Origin: the human T2T-CHM13v2.0 reference genome, Homo sapiens
Assembly (NCBI RefSeq): GCF_009914755.1
Contig: NC_060938.1
Direction: 5' to 3' (one strand)
DNA length: 64,000 nucleotides
Each line of letters begins with the position of its first letter. Position 1 is the stretch's first letter. The notes beneath the pieces are model-generated. The model saw nothing but the letters and a program-made list of their open reading frames with translations, had not been told where the DNA came from and did not search any database. The position numbers and the translations under genes were made by a program. Positions 44,097 through 57,640 of this stretch are shown piece after piece.

Positions 44097-45509
44097 GTTA
44101 TCTTCAGCCCGCTCCTGGATTCCAATTTCCCCATTGTAATTTTGTACTTAGAGGTGGTGAGGGGTGAGGAGGGAGTAATCCACCACCTGTGGCTTTAGGT
44201 CTTCCCTGAATATCTGCTCCTTTTGCTCTTGACCCTTTCCGGCAATAGGTTATGTGTGACGACAAGCTCATTAGCCTGGTGCTAGAAGAAGAAAGTCTGG
44301 AATTCTAGTCCAGCTTCCGTCTTAGGCATGCCCTGAGCTCCTGGGTTTCTAGGGTGAGGCTTTATTCTTCCCTATAGTTGTCAAGCTGCGTCATATCTTT
44401 GATGAGACTTGTGTAGCCGACTGATTTCTGCCTTTCTCCCCGGGACAGGAGATCACTTAAATTTCTGAATCTAGGATGATTCTCTGCCGCCCTCTATCCC
44501 ATCCAGGGATGGAGAATTTCTCCTTTTACCCCTCTCTTAGCCACAATGCAACTTTCCCAAGCACTTTAAAGTTTTTGTTTCCTAGAAGACTTCAGGAGGA
44601 GGGCCGGCTGGGACACATGTCTTTCCTGCAGCAGCAGCTCCTCTCCTTCTCTAAGCATTTACCACTGAAGGAGGCTTTCTCCAGTCTCCGGCCCCATTCC
44701 CTACATTTTTTTGTGGGTACTCACTGGGGATTTATGGAAAAGAGCCTATGAGTGGCTTTTAGGTAGGCAGTTCTATACTTTCATGATAGCCCACCCTTGG
44801 ACATTAGCAACAATTACCTATCTCATCTAAATTCTTTTTCCAGATCGTACAGGGGGTCCTCTTTCTGTGCTCTGCCACAGTGAGTCAGAACTTCTGGCCT
44901 TGCTCTCCTTGGAGACACCTACCTTGCTTTACATTTCAGGATAAGCAATAGCTCCATTAGCTCATCTCTTTTACACAATTAAGAAATGTTATATTATCTG
45001 GTCTTTCCTTGCTGTTAAGGGGGAAACAGTGGCCTTTCAAGGATATACATCCTAGGCAGAAGTAGAATCTTCCAACTAATTTGTATACTTACTTTTTTTA
45101 TATGTCTTTTACTTAATCACTAAGGTATGACAAAATGTGCTTAGTTTTTATGTGAATAGGTAACAGTATTATTTGTGAAATTCATTTTCTATAACTAAAT
45201 TAAATGTTCTTTCTTCCCAAATACTTTAAAAATATTTTCTATTTGCTAATTATAAAAAACTATCATTGCAAGAGTTCTGTACTGGCATAGTGGAGTAAAC
45301 TACTAAAAGAGCATTTTTTTTTTTTTCTGCATAGATACACTTACAAAAAAAGTGAGTGAACAAAAGTAGGCTACCTTTGGAAGGTTGTTAAAATTTGGAA
45401 AGAACGAATTTCTCATTTGTTCAGCTTTATCCTGAAGGCAGGTCACAGTTGGTTGCATTGCACTATAGTTAAAACTTCAATATAAAAGCAGCAAACAATT
45501 AAACAATGT

Positions 45510-47305
45510 ATTTAAAAGAAAATTTCAATTACAAAGACTTAAGAAAACACAAGATTCTTAGTAATAATTTTACCAAGTGATGTATAATCCTGAAAGGCTC
45601 TCCTACTCTGAAAACTTCAAAATGTTGCTTAGAAAATGTAACACCACTAGAAATGTGTACATGCGTGTATGTCCAAAAACTCAATATTAAGATATCAATT
45701 TTATTTAAATTCATCTGTAAGTCACAACCTTAATCATATCCTAATAGTGTGTTGTGATTAAATTTATAAATTGATACCAAAATATGAGTAAATGAAAAGA
45801 ATATAGATTAGGCTAAAGTAGTTTTTAAAATGGAAAATTTATATATCTTATTTCAAAGATTAATTATAAAACTTCAATAATCAAAATAATGTGTCATAAG
45901 CATAAAGATAAAGAATCCAGAAATAGATTCAAGCCTATATGGTCAATCAAGCTTTGACAAAGGTACCAAGACAATCCAATGGAGAATGGAAAGCCTTTTT
46001 AACAAATAGTTCTGAAGTAACTAATCTGTATTTTAGAAAAAGAAGAAACAGAAGGGGAAGGAGGAGGAGAAGGAGGAGAAGAGAGGAGAAGGAGGAGGAA
46101 GTCCATTGCCTCTCATAATACACAAAAACTGGACATAAAATAGATAAAAAATCTAAATGTAAAAGCAAACTTAATTGAACTTCGAGAGAAAAACATTATA
46201 TTAGACAAGTTTCCTAGATATGATACATCAAATTATCAACATAGTTTTATAAAAAACTATGTATCAACATACTTTTATAAAAAGTAGTTACTGTTATTTT
46301 CAAAATTAAAATATTTTGCTGTTGTAAAGAAACAAAAGAAAACATACACTGTTAAAAGACAGACTTGGGGAAAATACAATACATTATCTAACAAAAGGGT
46401 GTATCCAAAATATATAAAGAATGCTGACAAATGAAAAGACAGTCAATTCAATTTTGAAAAAAAATGTGTAAAATACTGATTTGGCATTTCACAAAGAAGA
46501 TATATGAATTATGAATAAGCAAATAAAAATATTCTCAACATTATTAGTTATTAGGGTATGCAAATTAAAACCACAATGAGATAGTCCTCTGTGAGTATTG
46601 AGTGGCTAATAATTTAAAAATTGATAATACCAAGGACTAGCCTGAATGCGTAGGAATAGAAACTCTCATATGCTGCTGGAGGGAGTATAAAATGATGCTA
46701 TTAATATTGAAAACTCTTTGGAAGTTTCTCCAAAAGTTAAACATATATTAATTTAAGAACAATCCCTTCAACGCCCAGGTATTTTTCTTTTCACTAAAGA
46801 AAAACAAAAATATATGATCACACAAAGATTTTCATGAATGTGCATAGCAGCATTATTCACAATAACCAAACATGAGAAACAATCCAAATTTCTACAAGTT
46901 GACTGGATAAACAGCATAGGGTAAATTTATACAATGTAATCTTATTGTATGGCAAAAATGGTCAAACTGGTAATACATGCAACAACATGGATGTGTGTCA
47001 ATATCACTATGTTGAGTGAAAGCAGCTATACCAAATAGAATACAGTCTCATTCCATTTTTATAAAATTTTATAAAATTCACACTAATTTATAATATTGGA
47101 CAGCTTATCAGTGGGTTTTCTCTGATAATGAAGAGGGTGATGGATTGCAAACGAGTATGGAAAATCTTTTAGATGTGAGGAAAATCTCTATGTTAATGGC
47201 AGTAGTTGTTTTACAAGCATACACAACTTTCAAAAGTTATATAATTGTACAAGTTAAATGGACACAATTTATGTTATTTAAGTTATACATCAATGAAGTT
47301 AAATT
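45510..47305 (+). mobile_element. Ancient L1ME/MC 3' fragment
   Basis: CCAGAAATAG...TTTGACAAAGGTACCAAGACAATCCAATGG, ATGCAAATTAAAACCACAATGAGATA, 3' end ...TTATACATCAATGAAG. Confidence 0.8.
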
Positions 47306-48544
47306 TTTAACATGTTGAATCCAAGAGGATCGAGACCTCTAGGTGTAGGTAGAAAACAAACATTCAAATGAAAATCATTAACTTCACTATAGAAATATCT
47401 GTACTCTAATAATGAATATTTATTCTAGCGGCCTAATTATGTAATATTCAAAGTACCTGAGCCTTCTTTTCTCCCTCTGTAAAAGGGATATAATGTCTAG
47501 CTATCTGAGCCACCATGAGATGAAAATAAAATATGTAAAATACAATACATAGCAGGTATTTGCTTCTGCTATTTTATTTTGGAAACGCTATTGGTTTTGC
47601 TTGTCTTGAATGTTTCTTGTGTATGACTCCAATTCCTTGGATTAGTTTTCCTGCTATATAGCTACCCTTTCAAACCTATGCATTTTTTTCCACTCAGTTT
47701 GAAATGTTTCTCTTTTTTATATTTACACTCTCAGATTTTTATTGACTCAATGGTATTTACTTATAGAATAATAATTGCATTAGTTTCATGGGGGAATGTC
47801 TAATGTTTAAATGCTGAATTGCCTATATATATTATACTCACACATATATACATACATATACTTATGAATAAATAAGAATTTATTGAATAATAAAATGCAA
47901 ATGCCAAAGACTACATCATAATATAGTTTCTGTCTGAGTATGTGTAGTCAAAGAGGGAGCTCATCAATTATTTAAAAAGGAACATTTTTATAAGAAACCT
48001 GGGGTACAGAAACTGTGACTTTGCTTCCTATGAATTCCTAAATGCGTGCTTTCTTTGCCTTCTGACACATCCAAATGAGTTCTCAAAACAATTCGAAAAG
48101 CCAGTTGAGGGGAATATAAAGCCTTCAACATGTTAATCTGGAATATACATGGAATTTAAATCCTCAAAGCTGATCCATATCCAAAGGAAGAAATCTATGA
48201 TTCTGCATCATTTAACTTTACTTCTACATTTAATAACGTAGAGCTACTACCTAAGGAATTACTAGCAGATTCAGCACCCACGAAAGGAAGAGTTTTCTAC
48301 TTTGATTTGCTGACTGGCTGGGGCTCTGGCATTTGTAGCTAGGAGGTGTTGCCTTTAGCAAAATTGTGGTTCTCACAGTAGAACCTAAGGCATACCTGTC
48401 CACTGAGTGAGACACTTCTTTACTTTTTAAATTACATTCCTGTTCTCCCTTTTCTTCTAGAAATGTCTCAGTCAGCAAAGTCTTGTTTTGTTTTTCTTCA
48501 GTTCTGGGTATGCCACAGTTTCATGTAACATGAGCCTTAATTAA

Positions 48545-48780
48545 GGATTTATTAATAATAAATAATGACATACTTTCAGGTATTGACTACTTCTTATATT
48601 CTTTACATATATCATATTTAGTTCTCATGGACACTTTGGGAGATAGATACTGACTACTCCCTTCATTTTATTTATGAAAAAAGTGGGTCTTAGGCTTTTT
48701 TTTTCTCAAGAGCTAGCTTGAAATCTGGAATGTGATTTTAGGAATATTGATTTCAATGTCCATATTTTTTCCACTATAGG
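48545..48780 (-). mobile_element. MIR SINE fragment
   Basis: CTTTACATATATCATATTTAGTTCTCA...CATTTTATTTATGAAAAAAGTGGGTCT. Confidence 0.5.
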
Positions 48781-50789
48781 ATCCTGAGGTAAACAGAGTC
48801 ACTGAGTACCAGATGATTGAGAAGCTGACCACAGTGTGTTTCTAGAATAAACAGAAAGAGTTCCCCCGCAAAGAATCAAACAGAAGTCAAATACATTGAC
48901 CTTTGTAAATCAATGTTTCTCATTCTGGGCTTATATATGGTTTGTGTCCCATCTGCCCGAAGCAGAATCAAGCAGAGTAAGAGATTAATAGTTGCCCTAT
49001 TATTTCCAGGTTGCATGCCTGCTGTCTACTAATATCCTTTTGACATTTTGATGGATACGGGTCAGAAAACTATTGCAAGTCCGTAATTTTATTTAGCCAT
49101 AGGTGGTTTGAGCCTTTTCTAATTCATTGCAAGTACATCTGAGTTGATGAAACACTTTATCTTTGTGCTCAGTAATTCTAAACGTACTTGCGCAGAAGTA
49201 TGTATTTGTGATTCAGGAAAGATAAAATTACTTTTTCTTTTGAAGTAATAACAAAGCTGGGGTATATGGTGTCAGAATCCTGAAGGCTTGTATTCATTCA
49301 TCAGCCCACAGCTTTAGCTAGACCAAGAAACACTTACTTAAAGTCCCATGATTTGGTATATACAGATATATGTGACCCACTGTTACTCACTGGGGCTCCT
49401 TCAGTTCTGGGTGGAAATGTTATCAAGCTATTCTTACACAAGGCTACTGTACATCATTGGGGAAGTCAGTCTTCTCTGTAAAATTTGGTTCTTCCAATGA
49501 AACTTATTTTTTCCTTCTCTGACATAGGAGGGGTTGAACTAGAAATGATGCTAACTCATTTTCAATTCTAATGTAATTGTATTCTGTATTCACTATTTTC
49601 AAATAAAAAAAGGAGGAATGCTTTCATTTGTATTTCATCTTCTATGGTGATACATTTGTGATGTCTTTTTCAGAAAAATCTTTTTTTTTTTTTTTTTAAG
49701 TTTCGGCTCTTCACAGATTAGTGTCTCTAGCAAAGTTACTAATGTGACTGCATATTAAACCATGAGACCTGAAAATTGAAACAGACATATACTTGCACAC
49801 ACACACACACAAACACACACACATTAAAATGATAAACTACATGTCCACTGAGCCAAAATCTATTATCCACCAATGAGTTTCTTTCATTTTTTCATAAATT
49901 GAAAGGGTTTTAAGCAACTGGAAAGGGTTTGGGGGAATGGGTAATACTTCTTATCTTAGGTTAAAATCTGATAATTATTTGATTTATTTAGTTAATCATC
50001 AACCTTTATTCAAACCAAAAAAAATCAAATTGATTTTATGGTTAAAATGTTGCCTTTGTAGTCAGACAGGGTGTGTTCAAATTTGGTTTCTACTCATTGC
50101 TGATAATAATGTCTTCACAGCTCTGTTATAAGAAGTGAGATAAACAATCTGATGGCAATTTTTTTTTTTGTATTGCTACCACTAGGTCTTTGAGTAAGAG
50201 GATTGGCTTGGATAGGTCATCAAACTCCACATCCTGTTGTTTAAGGGATAGATTCAGTAAGAAGTTCCACAGACTAATGGGGTAGTAATGCCATCATTAA
50301 GCCAAATTTTATTTTGATAATTATGAGGATCACCCCCACTGCCTTGTCTAAAAGTAGTAAAATAAACCTCAGTTGAGCCATATTACAAGACAGTGATGTT
50401 CATCTTGGAGACAAAGGTAGTAAATGCCGAATGTGTTAGATCATTTCTCCCGGCCAAAAACTACTGCCAATAATAGAGTGCCCAATAGAATTCTAATATA
50501 TTCCTGAATAACACACATTCAACTTTTCTTCCTCATCCAACTAAGGGGAAAAAAAAGAAGCCATAGTCCATCATTACAGACACACACACACACACATACA
50601 CACACATACACACATTTATATTTGATGTACACATTCATTTTTCATGTAGGATTATACAGTTCTATGCCCACAAACAGGCTCCAGCACACATTATTAATTT
50701 AGTGTCAGTGTAATTAAATGTGGCTACTTAATAAATAGATTCTTCTATTTTCTGTGAAGAGAGTATACTAATGTTTACTTTCATAGTCA

Positions 50790-51180
50790 TTAGGGACATT
50801 CACAAACCTCCTCCTTCTTCTGGACATAGAGTAAGCTTGTAAGTCCCTGCCCCTTTGACGTTAGGCATGATTTATAACATGCTTTAGCAAATATGAGCAG
50901 ATATATCATTCCAGCAGCGAACCTGAAGTAATCAAATGCCAGGTGTGCTCTGCTGTCCCTCTGCTGTGGTAATCACAGGAACACACATCAACATAAACGT
51001 TTGTTTCAGTGGCTCCTTCTGGTTTCTCCTTAACCACTACACTCACAGTTCTCCCATAAAATAAGTATATTTTGTGTTTTACATAAAATCTTTGCCTAGA
51101 TTAATGTCCTGAAGTGGTATATATTACCTGAGGGAGAAAGAGGTGTTTCTTGTGTTAAGCCATTGAGATTTGAGGATAGC
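50790..51180 (+). mobile_element. MLT1 (H/I/J-like) LTR, diverged, with an internal foreign segment
   Basis: CCCTGCCCCTTTGACGTTAGGCATG...TGCTTTAGCAAAT and 3' TGTGTTAAGCCATTGAGATTTG. Confidence 0.55.
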
Positions 51181-52689
51181 AAAATCCTGCCAGTCGTGGG
51201 GTATATAGTTACCAAATTAATGAATGAGATGTTTGACTTTTATCATTTTCTTATTTATACAATTAGTTCATCATTGCATAGAAAAGAAAATTCATGTTTC
51301 TTGATATGTCCTATAATACTCTGCCTAAATTTCTCTGAACCTATAATTATTTCAAAACAAAAAGTTAAAAAAATCCACATTGGATATGTAATAATCAAAT
51401 AACATGAAGTCCAGTTCACCCTTATTTTAATTCCACATACTATCATTAACTTCACATTTAAAATTGAATTGAAAACTGAACTGAATTTCTGCTCAATTTT
51501 GTTGTGCACTTGAAACTGTTCTAAAAAGTAGTCTATTCAAAAAAGAAAATATCGTATTGAAAACTGTCAGTTCCTTTAGTTAACTTCCCATTTGAGAAAA
51601 TTCACAGGGATTTCTTTCTCTGCTTGCACAGCTATATTCCGTGTCCCCAGGCAAATTTTACTCATTGGATTTCAGTTCAAATGTCATTTCCTCATGAAAA
51701 AAAATTTCTGTCACTTGATTTTTTTAGTTTATAAAAACTATTCTCATGCATTTTACCTTTGTAACGTATGATAGTTATAATTAGCTAACAATAACTGTCT
51801 TTCACAATATCTTCTATGACTGTGGATTGTGCCGATTTTCTTGGGCACCAATGGATACCCATTATCTGACAATCTGACAAGTGGGTAGAACTTAGAAGAT
51901 ATGCAATAAATGTTTGTTACGTAAATGAATGAGTCAGACTTTTCCTTGTCAGAATTAAATGTGGAACTACTTTGAGTTTAAGAAGAAAACTCCAAAACAA
52001 TAGTTACTGTAGTTACTGATACTAAGTAATGGGTAAAATGGAGCATCCTGTTTTCAAAAACAGAATCAAATGGCAAGACAAGGAAGAGATAGAAGAGGGT
52101 TTAGAATATTGATTTAAAAAATTGTTTCTTTTTGGAGACGGGCAAACATTACAGGCTTATTTTCAGAATATAATGTGGTCAAAACCGTAATTTAGGATAT
52201 TCACTTTGACCCAAATATGCACATAAGAACATAGGAGTCTTAAGACAAATTGACCAAGTAGACTTTAAGTACCCACAAGGAGTTGATTACTATATATTTG
52301 ATTTTGTATTCACAAAAACAAGCACATACCTGCACAGAGGAGGTAATCAATAGATATGTGTTGAATGAATAAACAAGGCGATGTTTATAGACAGGGCCTG
52401 AGGTCTGAGAATTGAATCAGCGTTCTAGCTGTGAAACTGTATTTGAAGGAAGGGAAGTATGGCACAGAATATAAAATGGTTCTTTATCAAAGCATGTTAG
52501 TTTCCATGCTTATTTTCAGGTAAAATTTGTGCTAAACCATCCTGATAAATAACTCAGCTTTATTACAAAGTTGAATATCCACAAATTGCCCATAGTGCTC
52601 AGTGGAGTTGCCATGGGTCAAATCTTGCAGTAGTTTCTAAAACTAGAAACAGGTGTTACCAACTCCAAATTAAGCTAGTATAATGATGT

Positions 52690-55600
52690 TTTTATGTCTT
52701 TTTTGGAGAAATCTCTACTCAATTACTTTGCCCGCTTTTAAAATTGGGTTATTTATCTTTTTTTTAAATATTGAGTTGTGTGAGAACCTTATATATTTTG
52801 GATTTTTTTTTATTTTTAACTGATAAATAATGTACATATTTATGGGCTACACGTGATATTTTGATACATGAATACAATATGTGATGATTGAACCAGAATA
52901 TTTAGAATTTCCATTACCTCAAACACTTATCATTTCTTTCTGTAGGGAACATTATAAATCCTCTCTTCTAGCTATTTTGAAATATGCAATAAAGTATTGT
53001 TAACTATAGTCACCGTATTGTGCTGTTGAACACTAGGACCTATTCTTTCTATCCAACTTTATGTTTGTACCTAAAACCAACCTTTCTTTATTCTCCCCAA
53101 AACCCACCCACACAACCTTTCCAGCCTTTGGACACTTAGGTTGACTCCTTATCTTGGCTATTGTGAATAGTGCTGCAATAAATATAGGGGTGAAGATACC
53201 TCTTTGGCATACTGATTTTTCTTTTCTTTGAATATATATCCAGCAGTGGAATTGTCAGATTGTATTATAGTCCTATTTTTTGTTGTTTTGAGAAATCGCT
53301 ACACTATTTTCCAAAATTTGTACTAATTTACATTCCCACCAACAATGTGTAAGAGCTACCTTTTCTCCACATCTGCAGCAGCATTTGTTATTTTTTGTCT
53401 TTTTGATAAAAGCCATTCTACCTGGAGAGAGATGATCTCATTTTGATCTTGATATACATTTCCTTGATGTTTAAAATGTTTTTCAAATACCTGTTTTTTT
53501 GTATGTCATCTTTGAGAAATGTCTACTCAGATTCTTTGTTCAGTGTTTAATAAGATTATTTGGGTATCTTTTCTGTTGTGTTGTTGGAGTTCCTTGTATA
53601 TATTAATATTAGTCTCTTGTCCAATAAGTAATTAGCAAATATTTCCTCACAATCTACAGGTTGTCTGTTGACTCTATTCATTGTTTCCTTTGCTGGGCAG
53701 AAACTTTCAAGTTTAATATAGTCACACATCTATATATTTTTTGGTTGTCTGTGCTTTTGAAGTCTTAGCCATGAAATCTTTGCCAAGATTAATGTCCTGA
53801 GGTGTTTCCACTATGTTTTCTTCTAGTTATTTTATAGTTTTTGGTCTTAGGTTTAAGTCTAATTTATTTTGATTGATTTTTTATATGATGAGAGATCAGA
53901 ATCTAATGTAATTCCACTGTAAGTGGATATTCAGCTTTTCTAGAACCATTTATTGAAAAGGGTGTCCTTCCCCCCACAGATGTTCTTGGTGTCTTTGTCA
54001 AAAACCAGTCGGCTGTAAATATCTGCATTTATTTCCAGGTTTTCTATACTGCTCATAGATCTATATGTCTTTCTTTATACCAATACTATAACATTTGAGT
54101 TACTATAGCTTTACAGTATATTTTGAAGTCAGGCAGTGTGATGCCTCCTACAAGTTTATTGCCCTCCAAGGTCTTTTGTGGTTCTATAAAAATGAAGGGA
54201 TTTTTTTTCTATTTTATTCTTTAACTGGCATAAAATAATTACATACATTTGTTATTGGTGTATAGAAATGCTATCAATTTTTGTATGTTGATTTTTATCC
54301 TGCAACTTTTCTTAATCCATTATCAGTTCTAAGGTATTTTTGATGGATTCTTTAGATTTTTCTACATAGAAAATCTTTCTACTTTTTTGCTATAGGCCTT
54401 TATTGTTACAAACTCACCTCTTAGCACTGCTTTTGCTATATCCCATAGGTTTTGGTATGTTGTGGTTCCATTTTCATTTCTTTAAATAACTTTTTATCTT
54501 GTTCTTAATTTCTTCGTTGAACCATGGTTGTTTAGAAGTATGTTGTTTAATTTCCATGTATTTGTGGACTTCCAATATCCCTCTTGTTAAGGTTTCCAGT
54601 TTTATTCCACTGTGTTTTAAAAATATTTCATATGATTCTGATTTTTAAAAAATTTGTTGAGACTTGTTTCTGTGGCCTAACTTGTGGGCTATCCTGGAGA
54701 AATGTTCCATGTGCTCAAGAGAAGAATGTGTATCCCGCAGCTGTTAGATAAAATATTTTGTAAATATCTTTTAGGTCTATTTGGTTTACATTGCAGAACG
54801 TTTGATGTTTCTTTGCTGATTTTCTATCTAGATGATGCTGAAAGTGGAGTGTTGAAATCCTCAACTTTACAGTTTAGGGGTCTATCTCAGTCTTTATCAC
54901 TAATAATATTTCCTTTATATAAGTGGGTGCCTTATGTTGGCTTCATATATATTCACATTGTTATATCCTTTTGTTGAATTGACCCATTTATCATTAATAT
55001 AATGACCTTCTTTTTATCTTTGTGATTTTTGTTTTGACTTAAAGTCTATTTTTTTTCTGACATAAGTATACTATTGGTATTCATTTGTGTGGAATATATT
55101 TTCAGTCTCTTCACTTTTAGTCTGAAAGTGAATTCACCAGGTGAATTTTATACTGGTGGCAGCAGACAGGATGAACTTATTCTCAGACTCCTGGGCAGTT
55201 TGCACCAGCTGTGGCAGTGATTGGGACTGGCCCACCCTTACGCCCCCAGAAGGCATGCAAGTGTATGCCAGCAGGGTTGGGCAGAAAGGGTCAATCTCCA
55301 GGCCTCCAAAAGATGTCTGTGTGTACTGGCAGTGGTGACAGCAGCAGGCAGGTTATTTTAATATTAACCACTTATCAGATATATTGTTCGTAAATAATTT
55401 CTCTCAATCTGTAGGCTGCCTTTTAATTTTATTAATTTCTTCTGTTCTGTGGAAATGTTTTAGTTTGATGAAGTCCCACTTCTTAATTTTTGCATATGTT
55501 GCTTGATCTTTTGGTGTGATATTCAAAAAATCCTTGCCAAAGTCAATGTCCAGAAGCTATTTGCCTATGTCTACTTCTAACAGCTTCATGAGATAAGGTC

Positions 55601-56760
55601 TTACATTTAGGTCTTTAATCCGTTTTGAGTTGATTTTTTAGTGTTTTATGTATGACAGTGGTCCAGTTTCATTTTTTTACATGTGGATATTTACTTTTTC
55701 CAAACAATTTATTGAAGAGACTATTGTTTCTCCATTGTTTATTTTTGGTGCCCTTGTCAAAAACTAGTTAACTGCATGCATTTGGAATTATTTCTGGGCT
55801 CTATATTCTGTTCCATTAGTCTATGTGTCTGTTTTTATTCTAGTACCATCCTGTTTTGATTATTATAGCTTTGTAATGTAATTTGAAATAAGGAAGTGTG
55901 ATGCCTCCAACTTTGTTTTCTTTCTCAAGATTGCTTTGGCTACTGGGGATCTTTTGTGCTTCTATATATATTTTAGATTTTTTTTTCTATTTCTGTGAAG
56001 AGTGTCATTTGAATTTTGATAGAAATTGAATTGAATCTGCTTTGGGTAATATGGACATTTGAATGATACTAATTCTTCTAATCCATGAATACAAAATGCT
56101 TCCATTTATTTGTGTCTTCTTCAATTTCATCAATATTTTATAATTTCCAGTGTATAGAGCTTTCCTGGTTAATTTTATTCCTAAATAATTTATTCTTCTT
56201 AATGTTCTTGTAAATGAGATTGTTTTCTCGGTTTCTTTTCCAAATAGATCATTATTGTCGTAAAGTCAACTGATTTTTGTATATTGATTTAATATTCTAC
56301 AGCTGTAATGAATTTATTTACTAGTTCTAAGAGAGTTTTATTGTATGTGTAAAGTCTTCAGGATTTTCTACATATAGCATCATATAATCTGCAAATAGAA
56401 ATAATTTTACATTTTCCTGATTTAAGTGCTTTTATGTTATTGTCTGATTGCACTTGTTAGTACTTCGGAACTATGTCGACTAGAGGGGGCAAGAGTAGAC
56501 ATCCTTGTCTAGTACCGGGTCTTAGTGGAAAAACTTTCAGTTTTTTTCCCCACTGATTATACTGTTAGTTGTGATCTTTCATAAGTGGCCTTTATTATGT
56601 CAAGGGAATTTCCTTCTATACGTAAATTGTTGAGAGTCTTTAATCAAAAAAGCATGTTAATTTGTCCAGTGGTTTTTCTGTATGTATTAAAATGAACATG
56701 TGGTTTCTATCTTTCATTCTGTTAATGTGGTATATCACATTGATTAATTTGCATAACTTG
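52690..56760 (-). mobile_element. L1MA-type ORF2 segment (antisense), interrupted at ~52803/55353 by a nested L1
   Basis: ...CTTATATATTTTGGAT (52803) resumes as ATTAACCACTTATCAGATA (~55362), contiguous in the antisense L1 consensus. Confidence 0.75.
52804..55352 (-). mobile_element. Nested L1MA element with several internal deletions
   Basis: T-rich tail and 3'UTR at 52804-53130, ORF2 pieces to ~55130, GC-richer 5'-like segment at 55140-55350. Confidence 0.75.
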
Positions 56761-57640
56761 AAAATAAAATCCACAATGAGATACCACCTCACACAAATTA
56801 GGATGACTTATCAAAAAGACAAGTGATAGTGAGTATTGGTGAGGACATGGAGAAAAGAAAGTCCTTGTAAACAGCCGATGGAAACATAAATAGGTGCAAC
56901 CATTGTTAAAAACAGTATGGAGGTTTCTCAAAAAATTAATAATAAAACTATTATAAGATCAAGCAGTCTCTCTTTTCGGTATAACCCAAAGAAAATAAAA
57001 TCTACACCTTAAAGGGATATATGTACTCCCAAGTCCCTTGCAGCATCATTTCTAATAGTCAAGACATAGAAACAATCTATGTGTCTACTGTGTGATGAAT
57101 GGACAAATGAATTATGGTGATTACATATGTACACGCATATACATAGACATATAATGAAATATTATTCAGCCTTAAAAAGAGAAATTCTACTATTTGTGAC
57201 AATATGGATGAAACCAGAGGACGTTATGTTAAGTGAAATGAGCCAGACACAGAAAGAAAAAAAATACTGTACAATCTCTCTCAAATATGAAATCTAAAAA
57301 AAAAGTTAAATACATAGAAACAGGGTATAGAGTGGTGGTTACCAATAGCGAGAAGTCAGGGAATAAATAGGTTAAAGTGAACATAGTTCCAGTTATGTAG
57401 GATGAATAAATCTAGAGAAATAACATCTAGCATAAGGAGAATAGTTAATAATACATTGCATACAAGAAATAAAATATTGTATACAGGAAAGGGAATAGAT
57501 TTTAGGTGCTCTTAGTACAAAACATTGGGAGGTAAATATGTAGAAAGATGGAAATGTTAATTGCTTTACTATAGTAATCATTTTATTATGTCTATCAAAA
57601 TATCATGTTGTACAATTTAAATATAAATAACAAAAATAGC
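56761..57640 (+). mobile_element. L1MA (7-9-like) 3' segment
   Basis: CCACAATGAGATACCACCTCACAC...CAGTATGGAGGTTTCTCAAAAAATTAA...ATCATGTTGTACA plus A-rich end. Confidence 0.85.

Noticed and set aside
46234-46282. Small tandem duplications (also ~41814-41863, ~57445-57490, ~60396-60428)
   Set aside because: Ordinary slippage products with no further structure.
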